A DNA stretch of 61,872 nt, counting the filler, from Candidatus Ancaeobacter aquaticus (GTDB taxonomy: Bacteria > Auribacterota > Ancaeobacteria > Ancaeobacterales > Ancaeobacteraceae): assembly GCA_030765405.1 (NCBI GenBank). It is 5 parts of 5 records of this genome, joined end to end, with 100 filler letters (N's around TTAATTAATTAA, not from the genome) between each part and the next. Parts side by side here need not be neighbours in the genome. Positions count along the whole stretch, not along the records: positions 1 to 14,334 come from JAVCCP010000065.1; positions 14,435 to 31,509 come from JAVCCP010000043.1; 3 more parts are not named here. The stretch is one strand, 5' to 3'. Made by a program: the position numbers and the translations under genes. The notes under the pieces were generated by a model that was not told where the DNA came from, ran no database searches, and was given only the letters and a program-made list of their open reading frames with translations. Numbering within the stretch: the stretch's first letter is position 1; each line of letters opens with the position of its first letter. Shown piece after piece: positions 9,359-18,134 of the stretch.

Positions 9359-11518
9359 TTATTGTGCACTATTAACATCCGAAATACCTAAAATAGCATC
9401 TATTATATCTGATGCCCGCTCAGGAGTAGATATTTTTTCTAATGTTGGTTCAATGTGCTGTGTGAATTGCTCATACGGAACAATTGTAAATTTCTTTTTT
9501 CTTATGTTTCCATGCTCTAATACCGGGATATTGTTGGCTAAACTTTCCGGCCCGATCATTAATACATATTTGTCCGGCGCGTCTATATATTTAAACGGTA
9601 CACATAACCCATCGTACATATACACTATTTCCGAAGGATCGATATCAAGTTTATACAGCATTGCGATAAAAACATCTATTTTTTCCTGTACTTGCCCTTC
9701 GGTAAGAATCCGATACTTTACAAACTGATTTAACAGCGCTTCTTTTCTTATCTGCCACTTCCGATACTCGTCTTTAAGCTCAATTCCTCTGAATAATGCG
9801 AGCACACTCACCAGTAGCGCACTTTCATCCCCAAACGCTTTTTGCGCACCCTTGCCAAATATTGGGTCTTTATCAAAAATACTCGGCAAGGCAAGCCCTC
9901 GGTTTTCATTAATGAGTATACGTTCAAAAGAACTTTTGTCTCCCTGCATCATCATTGATACGTAGGGATTATGAGCATTAAAATTTGTCATATTCGGAAC
10001 AATAACTGCATATGAAATATCTTTTGCTTTTAATTCATCGGTTATACCCTCTAAATGAAAACCGCCTGCAACGAGAATGCTGTAGCGCACCTTTTCCTTT
10101 TTCATACGAGAAATGACATTTTTCATTATTGCTTTATCACGATCAAGCGCAATCTGATAAAACCTCTCAAAAAGAGGAAGTGAGCGAAGAATTTTTTTAA
10201 GTGCAGGTACATTCTCAAGCATACTGTTAACCATCTTCTTTTCAAGTGGCATTGTCTTAGGATTTTCTAAGCATTTCTGGGCATCATCACGTAAACGGGC
10301 AGTAAATACATTGGGAGTAAAATTTTTTCGGTTATTAATAAAATACTGCGCTTCATCACGAGGCAAATTCAGTGATACCAATTTTTTTACGATATTAAAA
10401 TTGTAAAAATATCTTTCAAATTGCTTTTCATATTCACTCGCAAACAATTTATCTTTTAACAAATAGGTAATTGTATCAAGTTCGTTTATAAGATTTGACC
10501 TATTAATTTTCGCATTGAGTGCCAGTAGCCGAACATAATTATTAAACTCAGGTAACCGGGTTATATATAAACCACAAGTCCGTGCAGTATTTTTAAGCAA
10601 CATATAATACTTATACTGACTTATTTCTCCTGCTCTCAAAAGCAGACTTTTTCTGACAAGTTTTGCATATGAACGTTTTGTCAGTTTTTTCTGTAATACA
10701 CGCAAAATCCGTTCACGTTCCTCTTCAACTTTATTCCCATCAATACGGTTTTCCAGATAAAGCACTTTTAAGAATAATTGGACATTACGGTATTCCTCCA
10801 GATCAAGTTTTTCTTTTTTTGCAAAACCATTGAGGTAGACTGCATACTCATGAACAGATATTAAATCTTCACTGAAATCATCATATTTTTCTAACAAGCG
10901 TGCACTCGGCTTAGAAAACGTCCTGTCCCGTATGACGATCAACGCTTTTTTTATCTTGTTTATTGTATCAACATATTCTTTCCTTTGCGTATGCGCATTT
11001 CTAAACGCTTCGAAGTTTTCCTGATACAAATCCCTGTCTTCCGCACCATAAATTAGAACGGGCACATCTTCAACAATAGAAAAATATTCCGCTCCATTTA
11101 TCTGGCCCTGACTCAAGAAATAATCACCGATCTGTTTCTTTATATCGTCCTGCGGGATAGATGCGGGTGTAGAAGTATCAATAAATCCGCTTGCACCTTC
11201 AATATTGATCATTATTTTTTCACTATGAAACGTCTTTCGGATAGTTTTAATAATACGGGCACAGTTTTTCTGTACCTCAAAATTACCATGCACATCTTCA
11301 ATATAGACAAGTGATATATCGCTCTTCCCCTTATATATTTCTTTTATGCGACCATATTCTTCCGAAACAGATATATCGCTCACATCAAATGTATCAATAT
11401 TGTTGTTTTCACCGTTAAATGAATTATATGAAAAGACCTGAAAAGAGGGGGACAAGATAAATAATACGGATAATAGTGCTATAACAAGACGATTATGTAG
11501 ATAACGATAGCGCAACAT
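9359..11518 (-). CDS. Large exported hypothetical protein
   Basis: 719-aa ORF with signal-like N-terminus; 'YIEDVHGNFEVQKN', 'IEGASG', 'VAGGFH' motifs; own promoter. Confidence 0.7.
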   Translation of the reverse strand: MLRYRYLHNRLVIALLSVLFILSPSFQVFSYNSFNGENNNIDTFDVSDISVSEEYGRIKEIYKGKSDISLVYIEDVHGNFEVQKNCARIIKTIRKTFHSEKIMINIEGASGFIDTSTPASIPQDDIKKQIGDYFLSQGQINGAEYFSIVEDVPVLIYGAEDRDLYQENFEAFRNAHTQRKEYVDTINKIKKALIVIRDRTFSKPSARLLEKYDDFSEDLISVHEYAVYLNGFAKKEKLDLEEYRNVQLFLKVLYLENRIDGNKVEEERERILRVLQKKLTKRSYAKLVRKSLLLRAGEISQYKYYMLLKNTARTCGLYITRLPEFNNYVRLLALNAKINRSNLINELDTITYLLKDKLFASEYEKQFERYFYNFNIVKKLVSLNLPRDEAQYFINNRKNFTPNVFTARLRDDAQKCLENPKTMPLEKKMVNSMLENVPALKKILRSLPLFERFYQIALDRDKAIMKNVISRMKKEKVRYSILVAGGFHLEGITDELKAKDISYAVIVPNMTNFNAHNPYVSMMMQGDKSSFERILINENRGLALPSIFDKDPIFGKGAQKAFGDESALLVSVLALFRGIELKDEYRKWQIRKEALLNQFVKYRILTEGQVQEKIDVFIAMLYKLDIDPSEIVYMYDGLCVPFKYIDAPDKYVLMIGPESLANNIPVLEHGNIRKKKFTIVPYEQFTQHIEPTLEKISTPERASDIIDAILGISDVNSAQ

Positions 11519-11551
11519 TACTGCCTCTATTAGGTTTGTTGAGATACCCTT

Positions 11552-11579
11552 ATTATACCCTATTTTAAGCGTTTGTCAA
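11552..11579 (-). promoter_or_regulatory. Sigma70-type promoter for the 719-aa gene
   Basis: TTGACA-16 nt-TATAAT on the minus strand, about 35 nt upstream of the start. Confidence 0.7.
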
Positions 11580-11629
11580 TAGTGAGACTAGAAAAGTCGC
11601 AAGTGAAACTATGCGAGTTTTCTTTAGTC

Positions 11630-11786
11630 GAACTATCCCCCCTGTTTTATGATTTTGGAGGATATATCCGAGAAAATCTAGGGGGGATTAAGACAATAAG
11701 TGCCAAATAGAAATTATGTAAAGTTTCCAAAGATTTAGTCCTCGAAGAGGGAACTATCCCCCCTGTTTTATGATTTTGAAGGACAT
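11630..11786 (+). repeat. Two ~36-bp direct repeats 121 bp apart
   Basis: GAACTATCCCCCCTGTTTTATGATTTTG(G/A)AGGA(T/C)AT at 11630 and 11751. Confidence 0.85.
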
Positions 11787-11894
11787 AGTTCAAAAAATCG
11801 AGTGGGACGATTTTGGAGGCGAAGCCCGAGAGGAGGGATCACTATGAATGGGAGCGCAGGAATCGGACAGCGATTTCAAGAGTGAGAAAATACT

Positions 11895-11920
11895 CACCGC
11901 CCCGATAAATCGGGGCGGTG
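11895..11920. repeat. Perfect 12-bp GC-rich hairpin (REP-like or terminator of the TPR gene)
   Basis: CACCGCCCCGAT-AA-ATCGGGGCGGTG. Confidence 0.75.
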
Positions 11921-11949
11921 TTTGTTGGGGAGTTTCACCCCTTGTTTCA

Positions 11950-14334
11950 CTATTTCACATTCCACTTTAATGATTTGGGTGCAGAAGCTCCTGTCTCTGG
12001 TTTCAGAGAGCTCTTATCCTGCCCCGAAACGCTTGCTTCTTGTTGCTCTGTTTGCACACTCCAGCTTGCATTTACCACGGCATCAATTTTATCTGGCGGC
12101 ATTTTTGTAGCTGCTGAAACTTCTTCTTCCTCTTCTTGCACTGCCGCGCCCTCCGCAACAGACTTATCTATCGATTTGCATCTTTTAGCCAAAACATCCA
12201 TCGAGCTTTCAAATTCCTTATGGGCACCCTCGCTAATCGAACCGGTAGCTCTACCTTTCATCTCGACTTTTTCTTCTTTATCAGCATTATTTATCTTGCG
12301 AAGTGCGATTAAAGCAAGCCTGTCTTTTCTATCCTTTGAATCCGTTGAATTTAAGTCTATCGCGTTTCCATCTCTATCCAAGCTGGCTACCTCGTTTCCG
12401 TCCTTATCCAAATCTATACTTGCCTGTGCCTCAACCTCGCCATTCTTTACCAGCTTTACTGTAAGTATCGCATTTCCTGTTTCTTTATCTATAGTTTTTA
12501 CGATTTCCTGGCAGGCTATTTCTTTTCCATTTTCACCGTATTCAATATTGATACGATCTATAGTTCCAACCTCTTCTCCCGAAACATCTTTCATAACCTC
12601 GTGATAATCTGTCGGGAGCGGATTACCATCTTCGCCTTTATCTTTACCATATTCGATCCCACCCCGCTCAACTTCGATAAGATTGCCGCTTTCATCTTTC
12701 TTTGCGTACGTATAACTCTTAAGCTGCCCTTCGTTTTCTCCTTCTTGATATTCCTCTTTGTTAGTTTTCCCTTCAGTGACCGCCAGAGAAGTTAAGACTA
12801 GTTTTCCCATTTTCTCCTCGGCTTTGGTTGGAGTTTCTTCAAGATGGTCTACCCCAACCTGTCCTCCCAAATCGTATTTAGCTTTATCAAGTAGAGCTTG
12901 TAATACAAGCGAGTCTATAGCATCGGATTTCTCAGTGGGGGGGAATTCCTGATACTTCATTTTCCCGATACCGTTAGGATATTCTGCTATTGTGTGTATT
13001 ATGTTTGTATTTTCCCAATTACACACCGTTCTTTTCTGAGAACCATTGTCGTAACATACTGATGCCATGGCCACCGCCCCGTTACTCCAATAAGATGTTT
13101 GACTTCCCACTAGGCCGTTGTCGAAAGGATATTTCACTGTACCCGCTAATTGACCGTCAGGGTTATAGTTTAACGATATCTGCCTTTCTCCGTTAGGATA
13201 AAATTTATCTACGGAAATGCCACCGTCTTCGTGATACTGTGTCATGCTTTTCAGCCTGTTGTTAGGCTTAGGAAAATATGTTGGAAAGGGTGGCCGATAT
13301 TTTGTTGTACTTGGAGTACCCGTTGTTGTCCCTGCCGTGGTACCTGTTTGAGTTGTACCGGTTTTAGTTACAGCAGCTTGTTTTGCGAGAGCCGCTTTCA
13401 GCCCGGCATGCGAGCCTGCAAGTTTAGGATTAAGCCCTATCGCATTCTTAAAACTAGCAATAGCCAAATCATTCTCACCGTTTCTTAAAAGGCATGTCCC
13501 TAACATATGATGCGCCCACGCGGATCCGGGAGTAAGCCCTGTCAGCTTTTTAAAATTAAGACTGGCGTTTTTATAATCTTTGTTTTTGAAATAGCATTGC
13601 CCTCGAAGGCTATATGCGCCTACAAGGTTAGTCTTAAGCCTTATCGCGTTATTAAAACTAGCAATGGCCGCGGTATAATTTTTGTTGTAAAAATGGCAGG
13701 TCCCTCGGGCATTATAATATGCGCCTGCATGTTTAGGATTAAGCCCTATCAACTTGGTATAATCAGGAATGGCCGCGGTATAATTTTTGTTTCTCATATG
13801 GCATTGCGCTCGGCCGCTATACGCGCCCGCAAGTTTAGGATCAAGCCCTATCGCATTATTAAAACTTTTAATAGCCTTCCCCAGATTTCCTTGTTTTAAA
13901 TAGCACTGCCCCAGGCCGCTATACGCGCTTCCATTTCTGGGATTAGATTTTATCGAATTATTAAAACTAGCAATGGCGAGTTGATACTTTCCTGCTGTGT
14001 ATTGGATCTGGCCGGTGCGAAGTTTCCCCCCCGCGCCTCTAATATCAAACGGGGACGCATTATTAGCATTATTAAAACTAGCCATGGCATTTTTATAATC
14101 CCCGTTTTTTAAATAGTTATTTCCTTGGCTAATATATTTTGCAGCTTGCTTTGCGGCTAATTGCTTCGCAGCAGTCTGGTTGGTTAAAGCGGCAGCCTGG
14201 TTTGCTAAAACAACAGATTGTTGTGCATAAACAATAGCCCTCTTTGCAGCATCAGCGGCAGCTTTTTTTGCAGCAGCAGTCCTCTTTGCAGCAGCAGTAG
14301 TCCTCTTTGCAGCATCAGTAGCAGCTTTAGCAGC
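11950..14334 (-). CDS. 5'-truncated large TPR-repeat protein with Ala/Lys-rich stalk, Thr/Gly linker, MORN-like repeats and acidic C-terminus
   Basis: Frame stays open from 14085 to the contig end (AAKAATDAAKRTTAAAK...YISQGNNYLKNGDYKNA); TPR units 'AIASFNNAI.L.P..A.AY..RG.CY'. Confidence 0.8.
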   Translation of the reverse strand, partial: AAKAATDAAKRTTAAAKRTAAAKKAAADAAKRAIVYAQQSVVLANQAAALTNQTAAKQLAAKQAAKYISQGNNYLKNGDYKNAMASFNNANNASPFDIRGAGGKLRTGQIQYTAGKYQLAIASFNNSIKSNPRNGSAYSGLGQCYLKQGNLGKAIKSFNNAIGLDPKLAGAYSGRAQCHMRNKNYTAAIPDYTKLIGLNPKHAGAYYNARGTCHFYNKNYTAAIASFNNAIRLKTNLVGAYSLRGQCYFKNKDYKNASLNFKKLTGLTPGSAWAHHMLGTCLLRNGENDLAIASFKNAIGLNPKLAGSHAGLKAALAKQAAVTKTGTTQTGTTAGTTTGTPSTTKYRPPFPTYFPKPNNRLKSMTQYHEDGGISVDKFYPNGERQISLNYNPDGQLAGTVKYPFDNGLVGSQTSYWSNGAVAMASVCYDNGSQKRTVCNWENTNIIHTIAEYPNGIGKMKYQEFPPTEKSDAIDSLVLQALLDKAKYDLGGQVGVDHLEETPTKAEEKMGKLVLTSLAVTEGKTNKEEYQEGENEGQLKSYTYAKKDESGNLIEVERGGIEYGKDKGEDGNPLPTDYHEVMKDVSGEEVGTIDRINIEYGENGKEIACQEIVKTIDKETGNAILTVKLVKNGEVEAQASIDLDKDGNEVASLDRDGNAIDLNSTDSKDRKDRLALIALRKINNADKEEKVEMKGRATGSISEGAHKEFESSMDVLAKRCKSIDKSVAEGAAVQEEEEEVSAATKMPPDKIDAVVNASWSVQTEQQEASVSGQDKSSLKPETGASAPKSLKWNVK

Positions 14335-14434
14335 NNNNNNNNNNNNNNNNNNNNNNNNNNNNNNNNNNNNNNNNNNNNTTAATTAATTAANNNNNNNNNN
14401 NNNNNNNNNNNNNNNNNNNNNNNNNNNNNNNNNN
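14335..14434. other. Artificial contig spacer
   Basis: N-run with central TTAATTAATTAA six-frame stop linker, 100 nt. Confidence 0.98.
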
Positions 14435-14561
14435 TCGCAGGGCTGGGCTATTCCAATGTAGTATTCTGCTGCTCCCTCCTGAACGTCAGTCGCAGTATTG
14501 TGTGGCACTAGGTCATGCCACGCCTCGCCGAGGCTGGCTCGGCTTTTTTGCCCCTTCTTTT
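14435..14561. repeat. Left copy of 127-bp terminal inverted repeat of contig 2
   Basis: Exact reverse complement of 31383-31509; identity ends after base 127. Confidence 0.95.
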
Positions 14562-14603
14562 CTAAAAATGTATCAGGCATAAATACCTGATGTATAATTA
14601 TAA

Positions 14604-14632
14604 ATGCTACAGACATATGCTACATATGTCAA
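14604..14632 (-). promoter_or_regulatory. Outward-facing sigma70 promoter overlapped by a palindromic operator
   Basis: TTGACA (14632-14627)-17 nt-TAGCAT (14609-14604); GACATATG-cta-CATATGTC at 14612-14630. Confidence 0.65.
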
Positions 14633-14637
14633 ATATA

Positions 14638-14868
14638 TTATTTCTCTTTCTTGTATTTAGCTAATATTTGATTGATCATTTCTCTGTCTTTTTGATTGGG
14701 TAATCTACCCTGATTAAACCATCTATTTACGGTAGAACGAGATATATGCATAGCCTCGGAAACTTGTCCTTGAGTCCATCCCTCTCTCTCAACTAATTCC
14801 TTGAACCTTTTTATTAAATCAATTCTAGGGTCTATGTTGTTTTTTAATTTATTGAAGTCAATCTTCAT
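14638..14868 (-). CDS. Cro/CI-like (XRE) helix-turn-helix regulator
   Basis: 'GWTQGQVSEAMHISRSTVNRWFNQGRLP' HTH pattern, 76 aa. Confidence 0.8.
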   Translation of the reverse strand: MKIDFNKLKNNIDPRIDLIKRFKELVEREGWTQGQVSEAMHISRSTVNRWFNQGRLPNQKDREMINQILAKYKKEK

Positions 14869-15220
14869 AATTTTCCGATTTAATAACGTTTAAATTTGCT
14901 TACATATTGAACTTTATTATATCAAACCCTCAAAGAAGTAATATAGTCTTTATTTCCCAATAATTGTCTGGCTCTTCAGCCTCTGGTTTTCCCATTTTAT
15001 CCCTCATCTATATATGCAAGGATGCTACGGATAGTTTTAATAAATATTTCTTCAAAATATTTCTAAAAACTCTTCCGTTCCTCAACCTGTCTTCGACAGG
15101 CTTGCATATATAGCTGCCCTCCATATGTGTTCTTCCTATGGTCAGACCACATCTTCCAGGGCGGGATCGTCTTTTTGATTAAAAGAGGCTCGTGTGTCTC
15201 TTAAAAAAAAGGAGGGTGTT

Positions 15221-15358
15221 ATGGTTATACATTATTTTGTTAATGATTTAGTTGATGATTATGCGGTGTGTCCAGAGTGTGGTTGTGATCTTGTCCTTCG
15301 TGAGGAAGATGGTCTTATATTTGTTTCCTGTGTAGATTGTTCCTTTTGTGAATGTTAG
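15221..15358 (+). CDS. 45-aa zinc-ribbon peptide (not in ORF track)
   Basis: GGAGG SD at 15211; MVIHYFVNDLVDDYAVCPECGCDLVLREEDGLIFVSCVDCSFCEC*. Confidence 0.6.
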   Translation: MVIHYFVNDLVDDYAVCPECGCDLVLREEDGLIFVSCVDCSFCEC

Positions 15359-15414
15359 CAGTTTTCCTATCGAGGGCTGCGCTATTCGTTATCACGCAGA
15401 GATAGGAGTTCGTT

Positions 15415-15783
15415 ATGTTATATATAGTTACTGTTATACGTTTCTGCTTTTGGGATTTTGTAGGTATGTTTGGTATTGCTCCTAGGGATGTTATGTATAG
15501 GGGTAGGTATTTGTATAAGGAGGTTACTGATGATGGTGGCATATATCACTGGAGGCGTACCATTAGAAGTGATTATAGAAGATATTACCGTTTTATACGA
15601 CAGTATGACGGTGTTGAGGGGTTCCTTAGTGTGCCTCATCATCCCTGGTTTTGTTATCGCATAGCTACTGAGACAGGTTTATGGGAGTTTGATACGAGGG
15701 ACAGGAGTTATCGTCTTTTACAGTTGAGGGGTAAAATTATTTACCCCTCTAAATACTCTAAGTTTATAAAATCATTTTGTTAG
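15415..15783 (+). CDS. Hypothetical protein with strong NNT codon bias
   Basis: Open frame of 122 aa; its C-terminal motif DRSYRxLQLxG..Y..KY recurs at 15882-15983. Confidence 0.55.
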   Translation: MLYIVTVIRFCFWDFVGMFGIAPRDVMYRGRYLYKEVTDDGGIYHWRRTIRSDYRRYYRFIRQYDGVEGFLSVPHHPWFCYRIATETGLWEFDTRDRSYRLLQLRGKIIYPSKYSKFIKSFC

Positions 15784-15881
15784 TATATCGAAATATTTGC
15801 TTTACATGATAAAAGGTTCCTATACTTTGGAAGTCTATATAGTAATATGTTAGATGCTCGCAACACACGGAGGATTCTCTA

Positions 15882-15983
15882 ATGAAATGGAGTAAATGGC
15901 TAGAAAACTGGGATAGGAGTTATCGTTTTCTACAGTTATTAGGGAGTGTTACTTATTCCTGTAAATATGCTCAGCTTTATTGA
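15882..15983 (+). pseudogene. 33-aa paralogous fragment of the preceding ORF's C-terminus
   Basis: GGAGG SD; MKWSKWLENWDRSYRFLQLLGSVTYSCKYAQLY* aligns to DTRDRSYRLLQLRGKIIYPSKY. Confidence 0.5.
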
Positions 15984-16005
15984 AGATACAAAAAAATTCT
16001 TATGA

Positions 16006-16263
16006 TTATTCTTTCCACAGTCCTCTTTTATTTTCTTTTGCCTCTCTATAAGCCTTTGTGAACTTGTCTTTGTATTTAATATTAGGTGGTATCGTCATAG
16101 GACTGGCATATCCTGATTTTATTATTTCTTCGTTTAACATCTCGCCGTTTTTTAGATAAACATATCCTAAAAGCCTTCCATATTTATCTTGTTTTTGCAC
16201 ATCATATTCTATTGTCATCTCATCGCCCTTACCGACAAGGCTTTTTGTATGATTTGTAGCTTG
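16006..16263 (-). pseudogene. 5'-truncated thermonuclease (SNase) fragment
   Basis: 'QATNHTKSLVGKGDEMTIEYDVQKQDKYGRLLGYVY..YASPMTIPP' matches the C-terminal half of 18923-19468; the DGDT and GIDTPE catalytic motifs are missing. Confidence 0.8.
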
Positions 16264-16309
16264 TTGATGTCAATCATTTGAGTTCCATTATTTTTAAGGC
16301 TCAAATATC

Positions 16310-17011
16310 TTAAAACTTGTTTACATCTTTTTTGTAAGTCTTCTTCTCTTTTTTTATGCTCTCTAGGTATTCCTTATGCATTCTTTCATCAGAATAATGT
16401 AAAATTGTTTTCGTGTATTCTGATTTGTCCAATATTATACTTCCGATATTGAAATGCCAAAGACATTTATGGGGCGTTCTCTCAACACCTTTTTGACCAG
16501 TGGGAAGTCCATATTTTTTTGTTAATATTGCTTCCAAAACATTAGCAATTGAATTTGTCTCCCATGCTATAACTATCCAATAAAGAGAATCATCATTGTG
16601 GAAAAAGAAAAGTCTGACAGTGCATTCTTCACCTAGTATTTTATCCTTGTATTGAATAATGCTATGTTCTTTATCTATATCGATATCTTTTTTCATTTCC
16701 AATTTTAGCTGTTTTTTAACCTCATCAAAAGGTGTTCCCCATTCATAATCCTCAAACTTGATGCTAGTAACATTGATGCTTGAAGTTGAGGAGCTAACCT
16801 CTTTTGATTTGCTCCATTTAACAAAATATCCAACAACACATACAAAAATAATAATGGGGATAATATAAGCAGAATATTTAAGCCATCTTGGATTGCTCTT
16901 CTTTACCACACTGAAACTTGATAAATCTCGTTTGCAATATTTGCAGAATATAGCTTCTTTCTGTATCTCTTCGGCACAATAAGGACACTTTTTCACGATA
17001 TTTCTCCTCAT
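16310..17011 (-). CDS. Zinc-ribbon, single-TM membrane protein
   Basis: N-terminal '[22 protein letters not shown]', one TM segment, soluble C-domain. Confidence 0.75.
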   Translation of the reverse strand: MRRNIVKKCPYCAEEIQKEAIFCKYCKRDLSSFSVVKKSNPRWLKYSAYIIPIIIFVCVVGYFVKWSKSKEVSSSTSSINVTSIKFEDYEWGTPFDEVKKQLKLEMKKDIDIDKEHSIIQYKDKILGEECTVRLFFFHNDDSLYWIVIAWETNSIANVLEAILTKKYGLPTGQKGVERTPHKCLWHFNIGSIILDKSEYTKTILHYSDERMHKEYLESIKKEKKTYKKDVNKF

Positions 17012-17217
17012 ATCCTGTAAATCATTATAAAAATCGGTAGTTTTTAAATTCTAAAGAAATTATATCATTTTAATATGAAAATTGTATATAATGATAAAAT
17101 GAGAAACTTCTCAAAGTATTTAAATAATTGGATGTCTGTAATTAATAAACTTGCATAACAATTCGTTTTAGCTTGCCCTTCAACTTAAGTGTTTTTGTTT
17201 CCTCAAGCAATCAAAAG

Positions 17218-17390
17218 CCAATAAGGAATGTCGGCTTTATTTATTCATAAACAATATCTTCTTTCAGGCTCAATGTAGAATTCTAATAACTGAACAAATT
17301 GTTTATGAATAGCCTCCTTATAAATTTATACGCTTGTTCTTTGATGAGATAGTATCCCTTACGGTATACAAACTCATATTCGTCACTCGC
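17218..17390. repeat. ~170-bp dispersed repeat, copy 1 (paralog at 31186-31353)
   Basis: Shared blocks CCAATAAGGA.TGTCGGCTTTATTTATTCA, ATAGCCTCCTTATAAATT, ACAAACTCAT, CTCGC. Confidence 0.75.
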
Positions 17391-17490
17391 TCTTATTAAT
17401 AAAACCACTGTAGGGGACAATGGTGATTGTTTTTATAATAGCCATTTGTGAAGCAAGGGGTTTAAGCTGTTTTACTAAGCACTAAGCAAA

Positions 17491-17871
17491 GTGCCCCTAT
17501 TGTTTCAGTCATTGCCGAACCCAACCTATGAGGAAATCGGTTTAAACTTTGTTGTGACGTTTAAAAAGGCCGAGACAAAATATCGTGGCGGATTAAATGG
17601 CGGTGAAAGTGCAGAGAAAGTATTCGGGTCTATTAATGAAAATATATTCATTAAAACTACCCAAAAAGCTGTCCAGAAAACTACCCAGAAACAAGATGAT
17701 ATTTTGGCTTATTTGTCCAAGTGCCACAAAGCAGGCAGAGAAGAAATAGCAAAAACCATAGAAGGAATAAGCGTGTCAGGTGTGAAATACAATCTGAAAA
17801 TTTTGCAAGATAGAGGATTGCTTAAGCGAGTAGGTTCTCCAAAGGGTGGACATTGGGAAGTGTTAATTTAA
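17491..17871 (+). pseudogene. C-terminal winged-HTH fragment of an AlbA/RecG-like-ATPase or Fic-associated regulator
   Basis: 'EIAKTIEGISVSGVKYNLKILQDRGLLKRVGSPKGGHWEV'; no N-terminal domain or SD. Confidence 0.6.
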
Positions 17872-17910
17872 ATTATACCCCTCTAAATACTCTAAGTTCA
17901 TAGAATCATT
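17871..17910 (+). repeat. Copy of the 3' end of ORF 15415-15783
   Basis: TACCCCTCTAAATACTCTAAGTT core shared with 15735-15776. Confidence 0.85.
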
Positions 17911-18013
17911 GTAAAAAATAATATTAGTTTGATATTTATATAAATAATGTTATACTAAGCTTTTATCCACAAAGGGAGGGAAAGAGTGACTTGAATAATT
18001 ATATAAATCTATA

Positions 18014-18049
18014 AAGGCAACTCTTAAAATATGAGGGCTGCCTTTTTTT
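18014..18049 (+). terminator. Intrinsic terminator
   Basis: AAGGCAACTCTT-aaaatat-GAGGGCTGCCTT followed by a T-run. Confidence 0.65.
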
Positions 18050-18134
18050 ATTTGGCAAGATGTTGAATGAAGATATTCTAGAATATAATGTCATTATGCT
18101 GTTGAATATACCTTAACTATATACAGGAGAAAAA

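Noticed and set aside
11630..11786. CRISPR array
   Set aside because: Only two repeats with an ~85-nt spacer and no cas genes; no CRISPR array seen anywhere in the window.
14335..14434. TTAATTAATTAA palindrome repeated four times in N-runs, and ORFs touching the gaps (e.g. 14383-14616)
   Set aside because: Artificial six-frame-stop linker between contigs; no biological meaning, and cross-gap synteny cannot be used.
14435..14561. 127-bp repeats as the true complete ends of transposons or linear replicons
   Set aside because: Two unrelated contigs both give exactly 127 bp, which points to assembler k-mer overlap; real repeat length and any target duplication are outside the window.
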